From: Cyanidioschyzon merolae
Lineage: Eukaryota
NCBI GenBank assembly: GCA_000091205.1
Contig: AP006499.2
Length of the DNA stretch: 64,000 nt
Reading direction: 5' to 3' (one strand)
Numbering within the stretch: the stretch's first letter is position 1; the number at the start of each line of letters is the position of its first letter. The translations under genes were made by a program, and so were the position numbers. The notes beneath the pieces were generated by a model that was not told where the DNA came from, ran no database searches, and was given only the letters and a program-made list of their open reading frames with translations. This document shows, piece by piece, positions 56,066 through 64,000 of this stretch.

Positions 56066-57430
56066 TTAGCGAAGCTCGGCCACGTCCGACATCTCCAAAC
56101 GGATACATTCACGCACCTGATTCTGAATACGATTGATTTCTTCGTCGGTTAGAGAGCGGTCCGGGCTCCGGTATGTGATCCGATAGCAGATGCTCCGTCG
56201 CTTCGTTTTGGGATGGACAAATTCATCCACTCGCGAAATGTCCTCCACAAGATCACCGGCTAGATTTCGCACGAGCTCGCAGAGATCATTCTCGTGGAAC
56301 AGACGGCCACTTGTGCTGCCGTTCCCGTCGCTGGCCTCGGGTTGGTCCTTCACCCACATAGATACGTCCTTGTAGACGGGTGGATACTTACTATACGGTT
56401 GAAACTGCGTGATGACTCCGTCCTGAAACTGCTTGATGAAACGCTTGTCTGAGCTCCAGAATAATCGGATGTCGGGTACATCGAACAGCACCATGGCGAG
56501 TCGCTCGAGGCCGAGCCCAAACGCCCAGCCCGAGTGCTTAGCGGGATCCACGTCGCCAGCCCGCAGCACATCGGGTTGAATCACACCGCAACCGAGTACC
56601 TCGAGCCAGTCGCCTTGCCACAGCACCTCTAATTCGAGCGAGTGTCGCGTAAACGGAAACTCGGCGTCGACCCATCTGACCGGGATCGGTGCTGCATCGG
56701 CGTCACTCAAAGCGGACGTCCTCGGGGATTTGTCCGCTTCGGAGTTCTTCGGCCAGCGAAAGAGGTACTGCGCCAGCCCGTACAGCGTCTCCTTCAGGTC
56801 TTCCAGGACCCACGCTTCAGACGGCGCATCCGCAAAAACGCGCACACCATCCATTTGATGAAAGATTGGATAGTGCTTTTTATCGATGGAATCGCGTCGA
56901 TAGACATCTCCTGTGACGAGGAACGCGCGGTAGCCCTGCCGCAGCAGCTCCGTATCATGTGCAGTCGTATGGGCACGCAGCACCGTCGCCTCATCCAGGT
57001 AGTACGTGTCTGTCGGACGGCGGGACGGGTGGTCCGGAGCGACCAGCAGTTCGTCAAAGCAAGCGCGCGTACTGACGATCGGCGGCAAGTCATGAAACTT
57101 TGCAAACTGAACCGGTGGTCGCCCTTGCTTCGCACCTAGCTCGTTTTCAAAATAAGCTTCGATGATTTTTCGCAGCGTGCACAGCGGATGATGCACGCGG
57201 TTGTGGAGCTTTTCTGATGGGGTTGCTTTCGCTTTCTCCAAAATGTGCGGCGGAATATTGCTCTTCGTTATGGTGGACTGTGCGCGGAGTGCTCGAGCGC
57301 CGCGCCCTCGTGACAGGTGACGGGCGAGCGTTCCGTGTGTGCTGTTCACCGCAGGCAACCAAAGTCGTTGTGCTGGGACCGTCCGCCATCGCTGTGCTAC
57401 GATGAACCCAATACCCCAGTTTTCCACCAT
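56066..57430 (-). CDS. FARS2: Organellar (mitochondrial-type, monomeric) phenylalanyl-tRNA synthetase, FARS2-like
   Basis: FDELLVAPDHPSRRPTDTYYLDEATVLRAHTTAHDTELLRQGYRAFLVTGDVYRRDSIDKKHYPIFHQMDGVRVF matches human FARS2 ([39 protein letters not shown]...[30 protein letters not shown]). The ORF-track start at 57448 is a TTG. The first ATG is the reverse complement of 57428-57430 and gives MVENWGIGFIVAQRWRTVPAQRLW..., a plausible presequence. It is ~454 aa. Confidence 0.9.
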   Translation of the reverse strand: MVENWGIGFIVAQRWRTVPAQRLWLPAVNSTHGTLARHLSRGRGARALRAQSTITKSNIPPHILEKAKATPSEKLHNRVHHPLCTLRKIIEAYFENELGAKQGRPPVQFAKFHDLPPIVSTRACFDELLVAPDHPSRRPTDTYYLDEATVLRAHTTAHDTELLRQGYRAFLVTGDVYRRDSIDKKHYPIFHQMDGVRVFADAPSEAWVLEDLKETLYGLAQYLFRWPKNSEADKSPRTSALSDADAAPIPVRWVDAEFPFTRHSLELEVLWQGDWLEVLGCGVIQPDVLRAGDVDPAKHSGWAFGLGLERLAMVLFDVPDIRLFWSSDKRFIKQFQDGVITQFQPYSKYPPVYKDVSMWVKDQPEASDGNGSTSGRLFHENDLCELVRNLAGDLVEDISRVDEFVHPKTKRRSICYRITYRSPDRSLTDEEINRIQNQVRECIRLEMSDVAELR

Positions 57431-58712
57431 AGGAACAGCGTGAAACAACTCGAGAGCCTTGTCCTCCAGTATCTATTTACGCCTAATCGGTACCGAACGC
57501 TAACGTTGCTCGCTGTGAAACACCCCGATACAAACTGGAGTGCGTTCCCCGAAGCGACGTCTATCGTGTGTTGCGTGCCGCACGAGTTGAGGCACGGCTC
57601 ACTACTGTCGATGAATTGTAGACGAGACGCACCGCCGCAAGCAGCCATGCCTCGGTCCAGTGAAGCCATGGGGCTTGCGTTCGCCACGACGGCCATAGAC
57701 TCATACTAGTATAAAATTGGACAGGTCCATTTTGCGAAACCCCGACAGATACACATCTGAATACCAGCATCCGCGGACGTTTTTTCTGCGATCATTTCCT
57801 TTTCCTTTCATGCAGCTCCGTCTTTGAATGCGCGGGTCTCTCTTTTGCCTCGAGATCCATTGCCAGCAGTCGACGGATGTTGATCGGAGCTTTCAACTTC
57901 TCATCTCGCTGCTTCCACTACTGTCAATGAATCTCATGCGCAGGCGGTTACTGAGATCCGCCCTTCGCTTCCCATATTCATCTTCTTTGTATGCAGACTC
58001 GGTGTGCGCCTCGCGCCGGTGACACTTGTGTGTGGTCAGGTGTTTCGGTATGGTCAGCGTACCTCCTTCGCATCCTCTTCCGAGAGTCACCCAGCGGTAC
58101 ATGAAGGCTCTTTTCATCGCTCGGTACATGCGCTTTTCTAACACAGAAGGCTCCATCGGGCGCGCTACCCCATTTTACGCGCCCAGCATCATTTCCCTTG
58201 ATCACGCGATTTTATCAATCGGATCCTTTCAGCCAGTATGCTGCATACTGCACGTGCGAGCGCATGCGATTCCAGTAAACAGAGGATTTGTGGCAGGGAA
58301 TGTTGTCCATAATAAAAACCCTGTTCGGGAATGCAGATATAGGTTGGCGAAGCATTCGAGAATTTCCGATCTCTCTACGCGACCTACAAGTAAACCGATG
58401 ACGCGCTCTCCGCTGAAAGCAATCGCTACGTTAACGAAGGTCCGGATCTAAGACTCTTTTGCCATAGAAACAGGGCAAACGACAGAGTCTGTGCTTGCGA
58501 ATCCTGTAATGGATATATAGCTGCTGTGGAATCTCGTTTCGTCGACTGCCACAAGGAGCGAAGCATCTATATTCCGAACAAAATCCAGGATTTGACGTCA
58601 CAAGTTCCGTGAACCTCGACCCGAGCTTGTGATCAGGTCGTTTATCGAGCGGCTCGAATGACTGCGCCATCAAGCTGCATTCAAACAAACATAGGGAACG
58701 CTTCAGGAATGC

Positions 58713-59190
58713 GCGATTAAAGCACGCTACGCATAACGAATTCGAAAGCATGAACGCTTGCATCTTTGCATTGGATGACGATATCGGTTATTTCAGCTTC
58801 AAGAATACGCGATTAAAGCACGCTACGCATAACGAATTCGAAAGCATGAACGCTTGCATCTTTGCATTGGATGACGATATCGGTTATTTCAGCTTCAAGA
58901 ATACGCGATTAAAGCACGCTACGCATAACGAATTCGAAAGCATGAACGCTTGCATCTTTGCATTGGATGACGATATCGGTTATTTCAGCTTCAAGAATAC
59001 GCGATTAAAGCACGCTACGCATAACGAATTCGAAAGCATGAACGCTTGCATCTTTGCATTGGATGATGATATCGGTCATTTCAGCTTCAAGAATACGCGA
59101 TTAAAGCATGCTACGCATAACGAATTCGAAAGCATGAACGCTTGCATCTTTGCATTGGATGACGATATCGGGTATTTCACGATGCCTTGT
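58713..59190. repeat. 96-bp minisatellite, 5 near-identical tandem units; open in one + frame as five 32-aa repeats (MNACIFALDDDIGYFSFKNTRLKHATHNEFES)
   Basis: The unit gcgattaaagcacgctacgcataacgaattcgaaagcatgaacgcttgcatctttgcattggatgacgatatcggttatttcagcttcaagaatac begins at 58713, 58809, 58905, 59001 and 59097. Only 3-4 substitutions occur across the array. ORF 58750-59229 is an in-frame reading of the array. There is no evidence beyond openness that it codes. Confidence 0.9.
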
Positions 59191-59959
59191 TCGAGTGCGT
59201 CACGATTCATCTTGATTCCGGCAAGGTAAAAAGCCCTGCGGCAACTCGTCGATAAAACCAGCCCTAAAATACAACCGAGTATCCTGAAGCTGCGTATGTA
59301 CCCGTACGCTCATATTCCAGAACTTCAAAAGTCAAAGCCGTACATCCAAAGCAAGTTTGTCAAAGACGTGCAAGCAGGAACAAATTGAGCAGCTTAGTGT
59401 TCGATGAGCAGCTGACACGACTGCAGGCCCCGATTTCACGTGATCCGCTCCGTGAACTCCTGCGTTTCAGGGCGATTTTTTTTCATTGACAAAACGTTTA
59501 CTTAGGCCAGCGTTCTCCGATTATGCGCATTTTCCTTTTCTTACTTTTTTGTGTGTTTTTTTGCGCGGTGAGGTATCCATCAACCCCTACCTTCACGTTA
59601 CATTACCTATACTTCTTCTCGGATATTCTGGTCGTTTCATATGTCCTATCGTGTGTGCCTAGTGCCTGCCGAAAGCGACAGCAGTAGCGCCTATAGCGCC
59701 GGTGTGGTCGCTGCACGGAGACAGAACGACGTTGCCGTACCACACAGAGGGCGTCGGCTCGAGGGTTTCCGGGCGATGCTCTGATCGGCCGCGCACAATG
59801 GATGGACATGAAAATCCATTTTTGTATAGTCTCCACGAGTGCGCCGTTTGCGAGCGATGAACGCTCCGGGCTGCACTGCCGCCGCAGCGACACGGAGGCG
59901 CAGCGACCTGCAAGCGCCTACAGACGTCGAAACACATTCGTTGCAGACCGAGTAAGACC

Positions 59960-60142
59960 ATGGACGAGATAAGCACATTGCCACCAAAACGAGTGTCGCT
60001 TCAAACTGTAAAAGATTCCATTGCGAAAGAGTGGACGACGAAGGAGCTGCGCACACAGAACCTCAAGTTCGTTCGGAACCTAGCTTTTTTCATTGGAGCG
60101 ATCTACGTTTTTCGCAAGTACGGCAAGTGGATGGAAATCTAG
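59960..60142 (+). CDS. Small ORF (60 aa) with strong Kozak context (gaccATGG) and a C-terminal hydrophobic/amphipathic helix; weak resemblance to the cytosolic helix of Sec61-gamma/SecE
   Basis: The protein is MDEISTLPPKRVSLQTVKDSIAKEWTTKELRTQNLKFVRNLAFFIGAIYVFRKYGKWMEI. The segment S.Q.VKDSI...TK..R...K matches Sec61-gamma ([25 protein letters not shown]). The universally conserved C-terminal transmembrane region (IGFFVKLIHIPI) is not present, so the assignment is doubtful. Confidence 0.35.
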   Translation: MDEISTLPPKRVSLQTVKDSIAKEWTTKELRTQNLKFVRNLAFFIGAIYVFRKYGKWMEI

Positions 60143-60193
60143 TCCAGCTCACCTACCGTGCTAAAACACACTTGTGCGAGTGTGTTCTATAAT

Positions 60194-61579
60194 ATGGAGC
60201 AGGTATCAGGGACAGAGTCGCCGGCGAGGAGGCAGGGTTCTGTTCCTCCACAGCTTGAGTCAACGGCGGCAGGTTTCCCGGCCGCAGGCCACCGGGACGC
60301 TCCGGCATTCGCAACGCTCGGCGCGCTGGCACGTGAACGCATTGCACGGACAAGCGTTTCGCACCGGCAGCTTGCCCGTGAGAGCGGCAGCGTGTCCGAA
60401 GAAAGTGAGCGGCGCCCCAGTGCTGATGCACTTGCTTGGCAGCACTGCTGCTGGCGGGCGCCGACTGAGCGTTCGGACGCCGTAGCGCTCTTCAGTTTGT
60501 CGGAGGTGTTCCTATTGATCCGGAGTGAGTACGCGCCACAGTCTGTTTATGGGTGGCTAATGCTGACGCATATGCTTCGAATGCCACCGGAAACGCTCGC
60601 TCGCGAGGCTGTGATCGACCCGGAAATCAGAGCAGAACAGGCATCAGTTGGCGACGAAAATAGGACGTATGGTGGTTTTCTGGAGCTTGTGCTTTTCATG
60701 CACGTGGGGGTCGCTTTGCGGGATGCACTGCACTCGCGAAATCGCAACGTGAACGAGGCTGCCCTGGAATGTCTGGCGCATTTGCTGCATCGTCTCTTCG
60801 ATAGCGACGTGCTTGCTTTTGTTGACGGGTGTGTCTTCGAAGATGACAAGGACCAGATAGGCGACGATTACAATGAAGAGGCATTGATAGACCTTTGGGC
60901 TTCCATGGAGCTCCGGAACGACTCCGATAACCCGAGCTCCCGCGCCAAACATGGAGACAACGACAACGATACCGTTGATGAGGATGCAGAGGTCGGTGCT
61001 GCCGGTTCCACCGCCATGGGCAGCAATCTCTATGAAGACTACCGCCCTACGTCCCATGACTGGGTTATCGAAATGGTGACCACCGGTCTGGTTCCGGTTC
61101 TGCTCGGACTTTTCCAGAGCAAACTGCGACAGCATGTGATCGATCCCCGGGTAACCAGATTGAGTTACTTCCTGATATGGGTGCTGCACCCGTGTCTACG
61201 ACTAGATGAGGGCGCGAGCATCTTGAAACAATTGCTCTCCATTGCACTTGCTTTGCTGGAACGTGTCGGATCCGCTGAACCCCAGCAGACTACCAACAGC
61301 GAAACGGGACCTTTGGCGGCGGCAGCGCAGTCGGCCCTGATGCATAGCCTACGAGCAGCCGCCGTACTTGCCATGGATGAGCGTCTCGACATCGAGGAAT
61401 CTGTCCAACACGTAATGGAGGCGAAGCTTCAGCTATGGTTGAATCACTTGGACCTTGAAAACAAGCTGGGACGCCAAGTTGCGAGAAGCATGCAGGCGCT
61501 CGTGTCCATCATGACACGAAACCGTCGCCAAGTAACAAGTTTGTCGCAGTCCGTAAACAATGAGCTTCAGTACTCGTGA
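60194..61579 (+). CDS. Hypothetical protein (~461 aa from the first ATG), no domain recognised; acidic low-complexity insert in the middle
   Basis: The ORF track begins at a GTG at 60158. This is in the same frame as the 60-aa ORF upstream and separated from it by a single TAG. The first in-frame ATG is at 60194 in the context tataATGG. GC content is coding-like and the length is 1.4 kb. Confidence 0.45.
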   Translation: MEQVSGTESPARRQGSVPPQLESTAAGFPAAGHRDAPAFATLGALARERIARTSVSHRQLARESGSVSEESERRPSADALAWQHCCWRAPTERSDAVALFSLSEVFLLIRSEYAPQSVYGWLMLTHMLRMPPETLAREAVIDPEIRAEQASVGDENRTYGGFLELVLFMHVGVALRDALHSRNRNVNEAALECLAHLLHRLFDSDVLAFVDGCVFEDDKDQIGDDYNEEALIDLWASMELRNDSDNPSSRAKHGDNDNDTVDEDAEVGAAGSTAMGSNLYEDYRPTSHDWVIEMVTTGLVPVLLGLFQSKLRQHVIDPRVTRLSYFLIWVLHPCLRLDEGASILKQLLSIALALLERVGSAEPQQTTNSETGPLAAAAQSALMHSLRAAAVLAMDERLDIEESVQHVMEAKLQLWLNHLDLENKLGRQVARSMQALVSIMTRNRRQVTSLSQSVNNELQYS

Positions 61580-62162
61580 GCAGGCTCGGCGGCCTGGCAA
61601 ACGTATTGCGGCCTCGGGGGCCGCAAGAAGCCGCGATGGCGATGCACGCCCGGGAAACGCCAGCGCCTTTCTGTGCGCTGCTTTCCAGCAGGAGATCACG
61701 TGGCGACTCCTGGCTACTGGCCGGTAGCCGGATACTTGTAGCTGATACTTGTTTATCGGTACCGCGCGCTTGTCTCCACTGCACCGTTACACATACCGCC
61801 CGAAGGCCGATGAGACTCACTCGACAACGCGCATCGTGGAGCATACGCTTTGCAATGCATTTCGAATGAAGGTCATGGAGCTCGCGCCCCATTGATGCAG
61901 GTACTTGAACCGCGAACCCTTATGGTGGCCATAGAATCGGTAAGGCGGGCGTTACCGACGCGAGGCATCCACGACGCTGAACGGGATCTCGCAAACGCAC
62001 CTTTCACGGCGGCATTCGGATACCGAAAGCTACGAGGCGTACTCCCTTGTGACTGCGATCCCGACACGATCCCCGGGAACAAGGAGCGCAGCCCTGTTCG
62101 GACCACACACAATGGAACGAAATGCCCAACACCCGTGCCTTGTTGCAGAAGTTGATCGCGTA

Positions 62163-63890
62163 TCAGACAGACAGGCAGGCTTCCGCGTTGTCCGGCGAAG
62201 CGCTCTCGAAAACGTCCCATAGAAACTGCTGGGCAGGTTGAACGACTGCGGAAACGGTATCACTGTGTATGGCGCTGAGGACGGCGTGTGCAACGTCACC
62301 GGCACGCACCTGCACGAATGTGGTATGCGTCTCGGGGTCGTGCGCGTTCCCGCAACCTTCCTCGACACCAGGACCTGAGACGCTTACAAGAGGGGCTCGC
62401 GTGGGAACCGCATCCTTCGATGGTTGACTGCTGGAGCGCATTCGTTGTCTGTAGAGCGCCACAAGTTGTCTTGTGGGTTGGTCAAGACGATCCAGGTAGC
62501 CGACTTGTTCAAAACTCGACAAGGCAACTTGGTGAACCAGGAAAAGTACCAACCACGGAAAGCGGGGCAGTGAACGCCACACCATAGCACGTTGCATCAA
62601 CAGGTCAATGTACGTATGCTGCGCAGTGACCGAATCGTCCACAGGTTCCAGGAGCAGGTGCCAGCGCAGGATGCCGCCGCTTGGGGTGTGTACGCCCACC
62701 CCGCCAGCATCAATGCCACGTTGAAGTGGCAGACACAGAAGCGCCCCATCGAGAACACCATAATCATCTCCGCTTGCATCCAAGATCTGCTTGCATAGCG
62801 TGGCTCGCGTCAGTCGGGTGCGCGATGTTCGCGATGCCTGACCAAGCTCAAACATCAGTTGGGTAAGCAGCGAGACCACAGCACGCTTATACGCTGCTCC
62901 GTGGGCGTTGTCGAAGATGACCGCTCTGAGGGTCTGCATCGCGAGTTCCCCGCAATGCTCTGCGAGCAGGAGCGCGTCATCAGCCGCATACGAAGTATGA
63001 CGCGCGTCTAAACCCTCACTAAGGCGAAATTCGTGCAAAGGACGTACCAGACGCTCATAAAAACCAGCAGCAAAAGAAGCACCCGCATGGAAAACGGCAG
63101 ATGCATTCGTTTCTGCTTGCCGTGGCGGTATTCGCACATTCCACAACTTGCTCTCACTGCAGCATATGAGGAACATCAGTTCCCACGCCCTCAGCGTTGA
63201 TAATCGTTGCAGCAGTCCCAGACCTGGTAACTCCGTCATGAGTTCTATGATATTCAGGAGGTCTCCGAAGTAGGCAAGTGCGCGCGTTTGATCGTCAAAA
63301 GCTGCTGAAGCGCGACGAAAGCCTTCGAAAAGCATGAAAGCCACACAAGTCGCTGAGGCAAACCACGGTGACGCGGGCTCCCTGAGTCGGACCGCCGCTC
63401 GCCACCGCTGGATCGCGATCATGCTATGCAGAACGTGCTCATGACGCCTGCACGGGACGCTTGGTCTTGCGGTTCTGTCCATGGAGCCTGAACGCTCTGC
63501 GTCTGTTAACAGACAAAGGCTCGAAACTAGGACGTGCCAAATCTCGACCAGACCAGGTTCTACTTGTAGGTTGCGAAAGCGCTCGACGAAAAAAGCGGCA
63601 TCCGATAATTGGATGGCCTCTCGAAGCAGCGAGTTTAGGACGAAACGGCTGCTCATGTCTTCTGTGGGTATCGGAAAAGGTTCTCTATGCGTTTGGGGAT
63701 ATCGCACGGGTGCGCCACGGAGCGAGACACGTGCTCGTTCGCTGCGACTGTCGGCTATGTCAGGCCGTTCGTCCATGCTCCACGTTACGGGTAACTTAGA
63801 ACCGGTCCCCGTTGCAATGGTATCCTGCGAAGGCGCCAGTATACCTTCGGAAACCTCTGCGGAATACTTTCCATGAAGCCAAAGCAGCAT
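62163..63890 (-). CDS. Hypothetical protein (~575 aa from the first ATG), no domain recognised
   Basis: A long minus-strand ORF. The ORF-track start at 63917 is a GTG. The first ATG is the reverse complement of 63888-63890. The product is helical and Leu/Ala-rich. Function is unknown. Confidence 0.4.
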   Translation of the reverse strand: MLLWLHGKYSAEVSEGILAPSQDTIATGTGSKLPVTWSMDERPDIADSRSERARVSLRGAPVRYPQTHREPFPIPTEDMSSRFVLNSLLREAIQLSDAAFFVERFRNLQVEPGLVEIWHVLVSSLCLLTDAERSGSMDRTARPSVPCRRHEHVLHSMIAIQRWRAAVRLREPASPWFASATCVAFMLFEGFRRASAAFDDQTRALAYFGDLLNIIELMTELPGLGLLQRLSTLRAWELMFLICCSESKLWNVRIPPRQAETNASAVFHAGASFAAGFYERLVRPLHEFRLSEGLDARHTSYAADDALLLAEHCGELAMQTLRAVIFDNAHGAAYKRAVVSLLTQLMFELGQASRTSRTRLTRATLCKQILDASGDDYGVLDGALLCLPLQRGIDAGGVGVHTPSGGILRWHLLLEPVDDSVTAQHTYIDLLMQRAMVWRSLPRFPWLVLFLVHQVALSSFEQVGYLDRLDQPTRQLVALYRQRMRSSSQPSKDAVPTRAPLVSVSGPGVEEGCGNAHDPETHTTFVQVRAGDVAHAVLSAIHSDTVSAVVQPAQQFLWDVFESASPDNAEACLSV

Positions 63891-64000
63891 ATCTATTGCA
63901 GTTCGTAGTCGTACCACGGCATAGTACGGTAGGTAGTAACGAGCACCCCGCAGCTGATCCCGTGAAAGCCGCCCAGCGTCGGTGCGAGCATCTCGGGGAC

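Noticed and set aside
17181-59190. Tandem arrays considered as possible CRISPR-like repeat-spacer arrays
   Set aside because: The units are contiguous and near-identical with no unique spacers. The context is eukaryotic nuclear with no cas-like genes. They are minisatellites.

Overview
The window looks like eukaryotic nuclear DNA from a GC-rich, intron-poor, plastid-bearing organism. There are no prokaryotic operons, no CRISPR array, no rRNA genes and no tRNA genes that I could recognise by eye, and I see no defence island or foreign gene cluster; if the window holds something novel, it is most likely one of the orphan ORFs, the minisatellite arrays, or the two start/stop anomalies described under findings. 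Coding stretches run at roughly 62-68% GC and intergenic stretches at roughly 48-52%. Genes are single uninterrupted ORFs on mixed strands with 0.3-5 kb spacers, and CA/GT, CT, trinucleotide and tetranucleotide microsatellites are common. A Tic110-like chloroplast translocon gene plus a plastid-type 2-isopropylmalate synthase indicate a photosynthetic eukaryote. The architecture is compatible with a unicellular red alga of the Cyanidiales type, but the taxon is not established.

I call about 16 protein-coding genes:
- 2-isopropylmalate synthase (1199-3160, minus)
- a minimal DEAD-box RNA helicase (5154-6365, plus)
- a Tic110-like protein (9647-13303, plus)
- a 601-aa orphan (13561-15366, minus)
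- an LSG1-type circularly permuted GTPase (20284-22227, minus)
- a FAD-linked D-lactate dehydrogenase (23379-25571, minus)
- an eIF4G-like factor (28025-33100, plus)
- a 2033-aa orphan (36350-42451, plus)
- a WrbA-type NAD(P)H:quinone oxidoreductase (43059-43667, minus)
- an MTQ2/N6AMT1-type methyltransferase (45702-46469, plus)
- a PDS5 cohesin-associated protein (47743-51849, minus)
- RBX1 (54920-55273, plus)
- organellar phenylalanyl-tRNA synthetase (56066-57430, minus)
- a 60-aa small ORF (59960-60142, plus)
- a 461-aa orphan (60194-61579, plus)
- a 575-aa orphan (62163-63890, minus)

Several ORF-track starts are GTG/TTG/CTG codons, so I re-anchored those genes to the first in-frame ATG.

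The less ordinary content is non-genic. Four unrelated minisatellite arrays have 70, 74, 98 and 96 bp units, and two of them bracket the LSG1 gene. A long imperfect inverted repeat sits in the leuA/helicase divergent spacer. Short direct repeats sit in two convergent 3' regions. The DEAD-box ORF has no ATG upstream of its Q motif. A single in-frame TAG separates the 60-aa ORF from the next ORF.
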